A DNA stretch of 64,000 nucleotides from an uncultured Acidobacteriota bacterium (GTDB taxonomy: Bacteria > Acidobacteriota > Thermoanaerobaculia > Multivoradales > UBA5704), in contig CAVYRF010000002.1 in the NCBI GenBank assembly GCA_963770895.1, positions 1,280,001 through 1,344,000 of the forward strand, written 5' to 3'. Under the pieces are notes generated by a model that was given only the letters and a program-made list of their open reading frames with translations, made no database searches and was not told where the DNA came from. Numbering within the stretch: the first letter of the stretch is position 1; every line of letters starts with the position of its first letter. The position numbers and the translations under genes are program-made. Below are positions 1-11,500 of the stretch, one piece after another.

Positions 1-1432
1 GTTCCGCAACGAAGGCCGGCAGGCGGTATGCGAAGGTTTTGACACCCAGGATCAGCACCGCGATCGCGGCGACCGCAATCAGCCCCATCCGGGCCCGCCG
101 TGTCGCGTATCCCAGCGGCACGCAGCCCAGGGCATAGGACCCCGGCAGCAGCAGAAGCAGAAACCGGCCCCAGGTAAAGAACGTCAGGGCGGTGGCGCAC
201 AGGAAGCTGCCCAACGCCAGAATCAACCACCGCGCAGCACCCGCCTGTCCCGCGAACCAGTGGCGGCGGCCGGGCCGCCATGACGACGGGGTGGTCGATG
301 GCCGCGTCCCGGTCGTTCCCATCTGCCACGCATCGAGTGCTGGCGGCTGCGCCGCATCCGCCGTTTGGGCGGCGTGAGCGCCATCGGCAGCGTCGTGGAC
401 GCCATCGGCGGCCTGGGCGGCGTGGGCAAGGCGGGCCGACGCCGCCGCCAGCGCCCCTGCGACGATCAGCAGAGCGTGGATCTGGGTGCCGTAGAGCTGT
501 GCGGCGCCGGCGGTGAGGAAGCGCCACAGCTCCGCAAACGCGCCGGCGGCCACGCGCAGGGGGTCGTTGGCGACAATTGCGGTTGCCGATCGAAAAGGCA
601 CCCGATCCAGGTACGACCAATCAGGATAGCCGTACAGCTTGAACGCCAGGTTCTTCCAGTTTTCGTCGTAGAAAGGGTTGCCAAACGCCACGTATCGCAG
701 CCACCAATGCGGCAGCAAGACCACGATCGCCGCGCCCGCCGCAAGGGCAAGGTCGCGCCAGCGCAACCGGCGGCGCGCCGGTACCTCCTCCGCCGCCGGC
801 GCCGGCAGCGCAGGGCTCGCCAACCACCACGCGGCGAGCAGCGCCGGAATCAGAAAGACGGCATTCGAACGGGTGAACTCGGCCAGCCCCAGCAGAATGC
901 CGGCGGCCAGCGCCGCGCCGCCAGACCCGCCAGCAACGCCCCCTCCGTCGATTGCCGGCGCCTGCAGATTGCACAGGCCCGCCAGCAGGCAGCCGGCGGC
1001 CAGGGCGCCAAACAGCATGTCGGTGGTCACATGCTGGCCCAGGATCCACAGGTTGGGGTCGACCGCGACCAGCGCCATGGCCCATCCCCCCGCGGCGGCG
1101 CCCCCGAGCCGCCGGCCGTAGGCATACGCCAGCCAGGCGAGCACCGCGGCGGACAGATTCGAAAGCAGCCGCGCGGCGGTAAACGCGCCGCCGGTGAGCG
1201 GGCTCGCCGCGGCGACCAGCAACGGATACAGCAGCGGTCGATAGGGATCGTGCGGCAGGCTGCCGTGCAGCAGCTGCTCCGCCTGGGCCACGAAGCCGTC
1301 GCGCTCGGCGGTCCCCGCCTGCTCCACCCAGTGATAGCGCGCGCCAAACACCGCCAGACCGACAAAAAGCAGCACGGCCGCAGCCGCCGCGATCCGGTCG
1401 GCCCGACCGTCGCGCGCCAGCCGCGGCGGCAT
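1..1432 (-). CDS. Multi-TM glycosyltransferase (GT39/ArnT-like), 3' end runs off the window
   Basis: My translation from ATG at 1432: MPPRLARDGRADRIAAAAAVLLFVGLAVFGARYHW...DPYRPLLYPLL...AARLLSNLSAA...TTDMLF. This is the typical GT-C N-terminal pattern. Absent from the ORF track because it has no stop in the window. Confidence 0.65.
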   Translation of the reverse strand, partial: MPPRLARDGRADRIAAAAAVLLFVGLAVFGARYHWVEQAGTAERDGFVAQAEQLLHGSLPHDPYRPLLYPLLVAAASPLTGGAFTAARLLSNLSAAVLAWLAYAYGRRLGGAAAGGWAMALVAVDPNLWILGQHVTTDMLFGALAAGCLLAGLCNLQAPAIDGGGVAGGSGGAALAAGILLGLAEFTRSNAVFLIPALLAAWWLASPALPAPAAEEVPARRRLRWRDLALAAGAAIVVLLPHWWLRYVAFGNPFYDENWKNLAFKLYGYPDWSYLDRVPFRSATAIVANDPLRVAAGAFAELWRFLTAGAAQLYGTQIHALLIVAGALAAASARLAHAAQAADGVHDAADGAHAAQTADAAQPPALDAWQMGTTGTRPSTTPSSWRPGRRHWFAGQAGAARWLILALGSFLCATALTFFTWGRFLLLLLPGSYALGCVPLGYATRRARMGLIAVAAIAVLILGVKTFAYRLPAFVAE

Positions 1433-1440
1433 GTCGACCG

Positions 1441-3377
<1,937 letters not shown>

Positions 3378-3429
3378 CTACGCCCCAAAGGTTAGCGGTA
3401 AAAGCGCGCTTGCTCAAGGGTTTTGCCGA

Positions 3430-4860
3430 TCATTCCAGGTATCCGACCGATCGCAGCCGGCGCGCGGCCTCGTCGGCGCGCCGCGCGGCCTCCCCCGCCT
3501 GGGGGACTTCGGTCTTAGCGAGCCAGCTGTCCAGGGCCGCGCGCAGGCGCTGGAAATCGCGCCGCCGTTCATCCAGCACGTTGCGTGTTTCGCCCGGATC
3601 GGCGGCCAGATCGTACAGCGCGAAGCGGCGCGTCGCCAGGTCGAGCACCAGCTTGTAACGGCCATCCGCGACGCTGCGCAAGGTTCCCTGCGCGGCGTGC
3701 TGCAACCCCGGCGGCAGCTCGCGGCCCTCGAGCGCCGGCCGCAGGCTGCGGCCTTCGAAACGCGCCGCCGGCCCGCCGCCGCTGCCGCCGCTGCCACCGC
3801 CGCCGCCGAGCAGGTCGAGCACGGTGGGCACGATGTCCACGTTTTCGACCGCGGCATCGACGACGCGCCCCTGCGCGCCGGGCACGCGCAAGAGCAGCGG
3901 CGTGCGGATCGTGGTGTCGAACAGGTTGCGGCAATGCTTGATGTCGCCGTGCTCCAGGAACTCCTCGCCATGATCGGCGGCGAACACCAGGATCGCGTCG
4001 TCCAGCAGGCCGCTCGACCGCAGGCGCGCCAGCAGCCGCGCCAGCTGCGCGTCGAAAAAAGCGATCTTGTCGTCGTACAGGTCCTTGAGGTAGGCGAGGT
4101 CGGCGGCGGTCACGCCCGGATTGGGCGCCCCCTTGTACAGCCAGGCGCCGATCGGATTGGGGTCGCCGTTGCGCACGAAGTCCTTGTCCGTGTGCCCGCC
4201 GGCGAAGCGGCGGCGCCACGCCGCCGGCGGCACGTACGGACCGTGCGGATCCAGGTAGTGCAGGTACAGAAACAGCGGGCGGGGATCGGCGTCGACGTGG
4301 GGCAGCGCCTGGTCGGTCACACAGTCGGCGCCCTTCCAGATGCAGTCTTCCTGAAAGCTGTCGAAGCCGCGATCGTAGCCGCCGCCCGGATTGAAGCGGC
4401 TCGGATTGCGCCGCACCACCGGGCTGGCGGACACCGCCGCGGTGTGGAAGCCGCGCCGGCGCAGGATCTCCGCCAGCCCGGCAACACCCGGCGGCAATCC
4501 CATCGCGCCGCCCGGCTGGCCGAGAAACGCCGACGCCGAACGCGACGTCAGCAGCGAGTTGACCGACGGGAACGTGCAGGAAGCCTGGCTGCGCGCGTCC
4601 TTGAACAGCGCCGACTCGCCCGCCAGCGCGGTCAGCGTGGGGGTGGTGTCGCGGCCATAGCCGTACAGCGGCAGGTGATCGGCACGCAGCGTATCGACCA
4701 GGATGAAGACGACGTTGTGCGCCGCGGGCGACGGCAGGCGCTCGCCGCCGCGCTGGCAGCCCGCCGCGGCGAGCGCGCCCAGCAGCGCGAGCGGCCCAAA
4801 CAGCGCCAACCGCCACGGCGCCGCCGCGCCCACGACGCCGCGGTGGCCGCCGGCGGACAT
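3430..4860 (-). CDS. Sulfatase-like hydrolase, probable lipoprotein
   Basis: NVVFILVDTLRADHL, SCTFPS (FGly-type Cys motif), HYLDPHGPY and ADHGEEF motifs. AAAGC lipobox-like signal. Confidence 0.85.
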   Translation of the reverse strand: MSAGGHRGVVGAAAPWRLALFGPLALLGALAAAGCQRGGERLPSPAAHNVVFILVDTLRADHLPLYGYGRDTTPTLTALAGESALFKDARSQASCTFPSVNSLLTSRSASAFLGQPGGAMGLPPGVAGLAEILRRRGFHTAAVSASPVVRRNPSRFNPGGGYDRGFDSFQEDCIWKGADCVTDQALPHVDADPRPLFLYLHYLDPHGPYVPPAAWRRRFAGGHTDKDFVRNGDPNPIGAWLYKGAPNPGVTAADLAYLKDLYDDKIAFFDAQLARLLARLRSSGLLDDAILVFAADHGEEFLEHGDIKHCRNLFDTTIRTPLLLRVPGAQGRVVDAAVENVDIVPTVLDLLGGGGGSGGSGGGPAARFEGRSLRPALEGRELPPGLQHAAQGTLRSVADGRYKLVLDLATRRFALYDLAADPGETRNVLDERRRDFQRLRAALDSWLAKTEVPQAGEAARRADEAARRLRSVGYLE

Positions 4861-4864
4861 GGCC

Positions 4865-5503
4865 TCAGTCGGCGAGGTGCAGCAGGAACTCGTCCCGGAT
4901 CAGCGCCTGGAAGCTGGCCAGCCGTTCGGGATCGAGGTCGCCCTTGCACGCTTCGACGATGATGACGTGCGGCAGGTCGGGGTTGTCGTCGTAGGTTTCG
5001 TGCCGTTCGATGCCGCGAAAGTAGGGCAGCTCGCTTTCACCGTAGCGGCAGCTGCGCACCTGGGTGAAGCCGCAGGCGGCAAGGGTTTCGCCCAGCATCT
5101 CGCGGTTCCACAAAAACTGGTGGCGCCAGCCGTGGAAGGCGCGGTTCAGGCGCAGCGCGTTGTTGCGCCTGGCTTCGCCCTGCGCCTCCAGGTTGTAATG
5201 CGTCAGCCATACCCAATCCAGGTTGGGCGTCGACAGCCGGATCCAGCCGCCGGGCGCCAGCACCCGCCACGATTCGCGCAGGAAGGCGACGGCGGAAGCG
5301 AGCGGCAGGTGCTCCAGGAAGTGCTCGGCAAAGACCGCTTCGGCGTTCGCGAACTGCAGGCCGCGGGTGACGTCGGCCACCACGTCGACGCCGGGAATCG
5401 CTTGCGAATCGATATTGACCCAGCCTTCGAGCCGCTTGTTGCCGCAGCCGATGTGCAGGCGCGGCGCGGGTCTTTGGGGCGAGGGTGATGGCGGCGGCGG
5501 CAT
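4865..5503 (-). CDS. Class I SAM-dependent methyltransferase domain protein
   Basis: LHIGCG motif I, AEHFLEHL and RVLAPGG. Start may lie upstream (5605). Confidence 0.8.
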   Translation of the reverse strand: MPPPPSPSPQRPAPRLHIGCGNKRLEGWVNIDSQAIPGVDVVADVTRGLQFANAEAVFAEHFLEHLPLASAVAFLRESWRVLAPGGWIRLSTPNLDWVWLTHYNLEAQGEARRNNALRLNRAFHGWRHQFLWNREMLGETLAACGFTQVRSCRYGESELPYFRGIERHETYDDNPDLPHVIIVEACKGDLDPERLASFQALIRDEFLLHLAD

Positions 5504-5681
5504 GGGAGCTTGGCGAACGGCCGCGGCGGTGATGCCGTGCGGCGGTGCGGCGCGCAGCGCGCCGGAAGAGCGACAGGCCGTTCCGGCGGCGGCTGAGTTT
5601 AGCACGCGGCAGCAGGCGCCAGCGCCCCGGGCGCCCCGCGTGTCGTAGCGCGCGGGGCGCCCGGCGCCTGACCGCCGGCGG

Positions 5682-6818
5682 TCAGGACGCGGCGGGGGCG
5701 GCCGCCGCGGCGTTCGCGGACGTTGCCACCGCGACGCCGGTCAGCGCCGGGTAGTCGGTATAGCCCTTGTCGCCGCCGCCGTACAGCGTGGCGGGGTCCG
5801 GGGCGTTGAGCGGCGCGCCGGCGGCGAAACGCGCCGGCAGATCCGGGTTGGCCAGGAACTTGATGGCAAACGCCACCGCGTCGCCCTCGCCCTGGCGCAG
5901 CGCCGCCGCGGCGGCTTGCAGATCGAAGCCGCCGTTGACGATCAGCGGACCGCGGAAGGCCCGCCGGATCGCCGGCGTCAGCAGCACGACGCCATCGGGG
6001 GCCGGCCGCGTCTCGGTGACGTGCAGGTAGGCAAGGCCGAAATCGTTGAGCGCCCTGGCGGCGTGGGTGAAGGTTTCCTCGGGATCGGCGTCGCTCATGC
6101 TGTTGAACGTGCCGGTGGGCGACAGGCGCACGCCGACGCGGCCGGCGCCCCAGACGTCGCTCACCGCCGCGGTGACCTCCAGCAGGAAGCGCGTGCGGTT
6201 GCCGACCGAACCGCCGTATCCGTCGGTGCGCCGGTTGGTGCCGGTGCGCAGGAACTGATCGATCAGGTAGCCGTTGGCGCCGTGGATTTCGACGCCGTCG
6301 AAACCGGCCTGGCGGGCATGCCTGGCGCCGTCGGCGAATTGGCGCACGATGCCGGGGATCTCGCCGATGTCCAGCGCCCGCGGCGCCACGAACGGCTTGA
6401 ACCCCGCCGCGGTCATCGCGTTGCCCTCGGCGGCGATCGCCGACGGCGCCACCGGCAGCGCCCCGCCGGGCTGCAGATCGGGGTGCGAGATGCGTCCCAC
6501 GTGCCACAGCTGCAGAAAGATGCGGCCGCCGAGGTCGTGCACGGCGCGGGTCACCGTGCGCCAGCCCTCGACCTGGGCTTCGTCATGGATGCCGGGCGTG
6601 CCCGGATAGCCCACTCCTTGCGGTGACACCTGCGTCGCCTCGCTGATGATCAGGCCCGCCGAGGCGCGCTGCGCATAGTAGGTGGCGTTGAGGGCCGTCG
6701 GCACGTTGCCGGCGCCGGCGCGGCTGCGGGTCATCGGCGCCATCAGCAGGCGGTTCGGCAATTCCAATTCGCCGATGCGGACCGGCGAGAACAGTGAAAG
6801 GTTCGGATCCTCTTGCAT
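5682..6818 (-). CDS. nemA: Old yellow enzyme / NemA-like alkene reductase
   Basis: MAPMTRSRA, YYAQRASAGLIISEAT, FLQLWHVGR, EIHGANGYL and GYTDYP motifs. Confidence 0.9.
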   Translation of the reverse strand: MQEDPNLSLFSPVRIGELELPNRLLMAPMTRSRAGAGNVPTALNATYYAQRASAGLIISEATQVSPQGVGYPGTPGIHDEAQVEGWRTVTRAVHDLGGRIFLQLWHVGRISHPDLQPGGALPVAPSAIAAEGNAMTAAGFKPFVAPRALDIGEIPGIVRQFADGARHARQAGFDGVEIHGANGYLIDQFLRTGTNRRTDGYGGSVGNRTRFLLEVTAAVSDVWGAGRVGVRLSPTGTFNSMSDADPEETFTHAARALNDFGLAYLHVTETRPAPDGVVLLTPAIRRAFRGPLIVNGGFDLQAAAAALRQGEGDAVAFAIKFLANPDLPARFAAGAPLNAPDPATLYGGGDKGYTDYPALTGVAVATSANAAAAAPAAS

Positions 6819-6919
6819 GGCTTCGTTCCTTGTCTCCCAGGATTTGCCTGGGCTTGTGGCCAGATCGTGGCCAAACAAATGTACCCCGGTGAACTATTTG
6901 CGCCCAAAAAAAGCGCCCT

Positions 6920-7357
6920 TCAGGCGCTGCGCGCCACCACCTCGCCCAGGATTCTGCGCAGCGCTTCGACGTCGCTGCCGCTCAAACCGCTGGTCAGCGC
7001 CGCCTCCACCTCGCCGATCAGGCGCTCCCCCGCTTCCTGCAACCGGCGCCCTTCGGGGGTGATTTCAGCCAGCACCCCCCGCCGGTCCACCGGGTCGTCC
7101 TTGCGGGTCACCAAGCCCTCCGCTTCCAGCCGATCGACCAGCTTGGTGATGTTGGACTTGACGCAAGACCGGCGTTGCGCCAGGTCCCCCAGCGACATGC
7201 TGCCGCCCGCCCACGTCAGCCCCCCCAGCACCGCCAGCTTGGCCGGCGACAGCCCGATCTCCTCAAGCGACCGTTCCAGCGTCCGCTCCACCCGTTCGGC
7301 GGTGCGCAGCACCAGCATCACCACCTCGGGCCGCTCGGGACAGTGCACTTCGTTCAC
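6920..7357 (-). CDS. MarR family transcriptional regulator
   Basis: wHTH with SNITKLVDRLEAEGLV and DRR motif, upstream of the OYE gene. Confidence 0.85.
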   Translation of the reverse strand: MNEVHCPERPEVVMLVLRTAERVERTLERSLEEIGLSPAKLAVLGGLTWAGGSMSLGDLAQRRSCVKSNITKLVDRLEAEGLVTRKDDPVDRRGVLAEITPEGRRLQEAGERLIGEVEAALTSGLSGSDVEALRRILGEVVARSA

Positions 7358-7611
7358 AAGTGAACTATACCCCAGGTCAACCGACCTCGCAAGGCATCAG
7401 GACCGATACCAGAACCCGCGGCGCCCGCCCCGGTTATCCCCGGCTGTGTCGGGGCGCCGGCCCTGCCGGGGTGGTATCGTTACGATCGTGCCGGCGGCAG
7501 GGCAGGCTGCGACCGGCGCTCCAATGGCCTGGTTGCGTCGCGGTCTTCTCATGGCGAACCCGGGGGGACCGCGCGAACGTCGGGCAGACATCACTTGAGG
7601 AGGAACACATC

Positions 7612-8436
7612 ATGAGACACATCTCCAGGTTCGTGGCCTGCACGGCGGCAGCGTCGCTCTTCGGTCTTGCTTTCGGCGCGCGGCACCTCGCGGCGCAGGG
7701 CACCTGTTACACCACCTCGATCGCCTGCGGCCAGACGATCACCGCCACCACCGGCGCCTCCAGCTGTCACGACGAGACCAGCGGCCTGGTGTACGACGGC
7801 TACAACTTCAGCGGCACCGACAACCAGAAGGTCCTGGTCACCGTCTCCTCGACCCAGAACGTCGCCGCCGCGGCCGGCCTGGCCGCGGGCCAATCGGCGG
7901 TGTTCCTCGGCAAGAACTACGTGCCCGCGGGCGTGGCCATCGGCCAGGAGGCCCCGGGCCAGTTCAGCACCACGCTCACCAACACCGGCCCGTGGTCGAT
8001 CGCCGCGGCGGCGCTCGCCATCAACCTCGCTCCGACCTCGGTGCCGGCAACCTACACGCTGTCGCTGTCCTGCTCGGGGCTCAACGGCTGCACCACCGGG
8101 GCCAACGAAGCCTGCCTGGAAAATGGGCGGTTCAAGGTGACCGCCACCTACGCGGACACCGAAGGGCAGGCGGGCAACGCCCAGACCGTGCCGCTGACGG
8201 ACGACACCGCCTACCTGTGGTTTTTTGAATCCTCGAACGTGGAATCGGTGGTCAAGGTGCTCAACGGCTGCGGCGTGAACAACCACTATTGGGTGTTCGC
8301 CGGCGGCCTCACCAACGTCAACGTCAAGCTCACCGTGACCGACACGAAGACCAACAAGTCGGTCACCTACACCAACCCGCAAAATACGGAATTCCAGCCG
8401 ATCCAGGACACTTCCGCCTTCGCCACCTGTCCCTAG
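7612..8436 (+). CDS. Secreted protein with conserved Cys-Pro-terminated C-terminal domain
   Basis: GAGGAGG RBS and signal peptide MRHISRF...LAAQ. C-terminal WFF..N.E..VKVLNGC..NNHYWVFAGGLTNV..TVTDT...DTSAFATCP domain. Confidence 0.75.
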   Translation: MRHISRFVACTAAASLFGLAFGARHLAAQGTCYTTSIACGQTITATTGASSCHDETSGLVYDGYNFSGTDNQKVLVTVSSTQNVAAAAGLAAGQSAVFLGKNYVPAGVAIGQEAPGQFSTTLTNTGPWSIAAAALAINLAPTSVPATYTLSLSCSGLNGCTTGANEACLENGRFKVTATYADTEGQAGNAQTVPLTDDTAYLWFFESSNVESVVKVLNGCGVNNHYWVFAGGLTNVNVKLTVTDTKTNKSVTYTNPQNTEFQPIQDTSAFATCP

Positions 8437-8533
8437 CTGGTAGCCCGTCCTGCCTGAGCGCCAGGCGGCACCCGGCCGCCTGGCGCCTCGTGGCGCGGCA
8501 CCAGGTCCGGGTGTGCACTGAGTGGTCCGCACG

Positions 8534-11500
8534 ATGAAGGCACGCGACACCCAGGCGAATCTCCCCGGCCGCGCCGGTAGCGGACCGGTCGAGCATGCGC
8601 GCCGCGACATTGCCGTGGTCGGCATGGCTGGACGTTTCCCCGGCGCGGCCGACGTCCAGGAGCTGTGGCGCAACCTGATGGCGGGAGTGGAGGCGGTCCA
8701 GCCGCTCTCCCCGGCCGATCTGGAGCGCGCCGGCGTGGCGCCCGACCTGCTGTCGTCGGCCACCTACGTGCGCGCGGCGGCGCAGCTGGCAGGCTTGGAG
8801 CTGTTCGATGCCGCTTTCTTCGGCCTGACGCCGCGCGAAGCGGAAGCGACGGACCCGCAGCACCGCCTGCTGCTGGAGTGCACATGGGAAGCCCTGGAAA
8901 ACGCCGGCTACGCCCCCTCGTTGTGGCAGGGGCGCATCGGTCTCTTCGCCGGCACGTCGACCAACCGCTACTTTGAGCACGTCGAGGCGAGCGCCGCCGG
9001 CGCCGCGATGGGCGGCGTCGCGCTGTTCGGGCTCGACAAGGATTTTCTCACCACCCGCGTCTCCTATCGCCTGGGGCTGGAGGGGCCGAGCGTCACCGTG
9101 CAAACCGCCTGCTCGACCTCGCTGGTGGCGGTCCACCTGGCCTGCCAGTCGCTGCTCGCCGGCGACTGCGACCTGGCGCTGGCCGGCGGCGTCGCGCTGC
9201 GCAACCTGCGCGGCGAAGGCTACGTCTTCGAGCCCGGCGGCATCCTGTCGCCGGACGGGCACTGCCGCGCCTTCGACGCCGCTGCCGCCGGGACGGTGTC
9301 GGGCGACGGCATCGGCCTGGTGGCGCTCAGACGGCTCGACGACGCGCTGGCGGACGGCGACGCCATCGCCGCGGTGATCAAGGGTTCTGCGATCAACAAC
9401 GACGGCGCCGCCAAGGTCGGCTATACGGCGCCCGGGCTGCACGGCCAGGTGCGCGTCCTGCGCGATGCGCTGGCTGCCGCCGGCGTCGATCCCGCAACCG
9501 TTTCGTATGTCGAAGCGCACGGCACAGGCACACCGCTCGGCGATCCCATCGAGATGGCGGCGCTGGCCGAGGCCTACGGGCCGGCGGGCGACGGCGGCGA
9601 CGGTCGCGCGGGGGAGGAAGAAGAGGGCGGGGATGCCGGCGACGGTCGCCGCGGGGGTACGGGCAAGATCGCGGTGGGGTCGGTCAAGACCAACCTGGGG
9701 CACCTGGACGCCGCCGCGGGCATCGTCGGACTGATCAAGGTGGTGCTGGCGCTGCGCCACGCGGCGATCCCGCCCAGCCTCCACTTTACCCGCCTCAATC
9801 CGCGCATCCCCCAGGATGCCGCGGCCCGCTTCACCGTCGCCGCGACTGCCATCCAGCCCTGGGAAGGCGGCGGCGGCCGGCCGCGGCGCGCCGGCATCAG
9901 CTCGTTCGGCATCGGCGGCACCAATGCGCACGCGATCCTGGAGGAGGCGCCGCCGGCGGCCACGGGGGACGGCGGTCTCGCCGCCTGGCAGCTGCTGCAG
10001 GTCTCGGCGCGGACCGAATCGGCGCTGGTGCAGGCGGCCGCCAACCTGGCCGGCCACCTGGAAAACCACCCCGAGATCGGCCCCGACGAGCTGGCCGACA
10101 TCGCCTTCACGCTGCGCGTCGGCCGCCGCGCATTCGAGCATCGCCGCGCCGTGGTCTGCCGCGACGCCGCCGCGGCGCGGGCGGCGTTGCGCGGCGAGCC
10201 CGGCGGCGTGCCTGACCAGGCCGGCCGGCCTGGTGTGGCCGCCGGCTGGACGATGAGCGCCCGCGCCACCGGCCAGGCGGGCGTGGCGTTTTTGCTGCCC
10301 GGCCAGGGGGCGCAGCGGGCGGGGATGGCGGCGGGGCTCTACCGCACGCGGCCGGCATTTCGCGCCGAGCTGGACCGCGCGGCGGACCTGCTCGCCCCGC
10401 ACCTGGACGTCGACCTGCGCCAGCTGCTCTTGCCGCAACCGCAAGAGCCGGAGCAGGCGGCGCAGCTGCTGGCGCGCACGCGGTATACGCAGCCGGCGTT
10501 GTTCGCCGTCGAATACGCCCTGGCCCGGCTGTGGATCGGTTGGGGGGTGCAGCCGGCCGCCTTCCTGGGCCACAGCATCGGTGAGTGGGTGGCGGCCTGC
10601 CTGGCAGGCGTTTTCAGCCTGGAAGACGCCCTGGCCCTGGTGGCGCTGCGCGGGCGGCTGATCGACGAGCTGCCCCAGGGCGCGATGCTCGCCGTGCCGA
10701 TCGCGGCCGCCGAGCTCGAGCCGCTGCTCGGGGCCGACCTGGCGCTGGCGGCGGAGAACGCCGCCGACCGGTGCGTGGCGTCGGGACCGGCCGCGGCGAT
10801 CGCCGACCTGGAGCGGCGCCTGGCGGCGCACGGCATCGCCGGCCAGCGCCTGCGCACCTCGCATGCGTTCCATTCGCCCGCCCTGGAGCCGGCGGCAGCG
10901 CCGCTGGCGCGGGCGGTGAGCGCGGTGGCGCGCCGGCAACCCGCCATCCCGTTCGTGTCCAACCTGACCGGCACCTGGATCCTGGCCGACGAAGCCACCG
11001 ACCCGGCCTACTGGGGGCGCCAGATGCTCGCGCCGGTGCGCTTCGCCGCCGGGCTGCGCACCCTGGCCGCCAGCCTCCCCGACAACGTCCTGCTGGAGGT
11101 CGGGCCGGGCGAATCGCTCAGCCGCCTGGCGCGACGCGAGCTGCGGGAGCACGCCCAGCCGGTCGTCTCGACTCTTGCCGAGCAGCAGGGCGCGGACGAC
11201 GAGGAGCACCTGCTGCGCGCCGCCGCCCGGCTCTGGCTCGCCGGCGCGCCGCTCGATCCCCACGCCCTGACCGCCCCAGAGCGCCGGCGGCGGGTGGCGC
11301 TGCCGAGCTATCCGTTCGAGCGCCAACGCTACTGGCTGCCGCGTCCCAAACACGACCGGTGGGCGCCAGGGCCGGCGGCGGCCGCGCCCGCCCCTGCCGG
11401 CAGCCAACCGCCCCGGCAGGCGGACACGGCCTGGCAGGAGGGGGCCTGGCAGGGGAACGCCCCACCGGCGGCGGCGCGGCACGTGGACACTGCACCAGGA

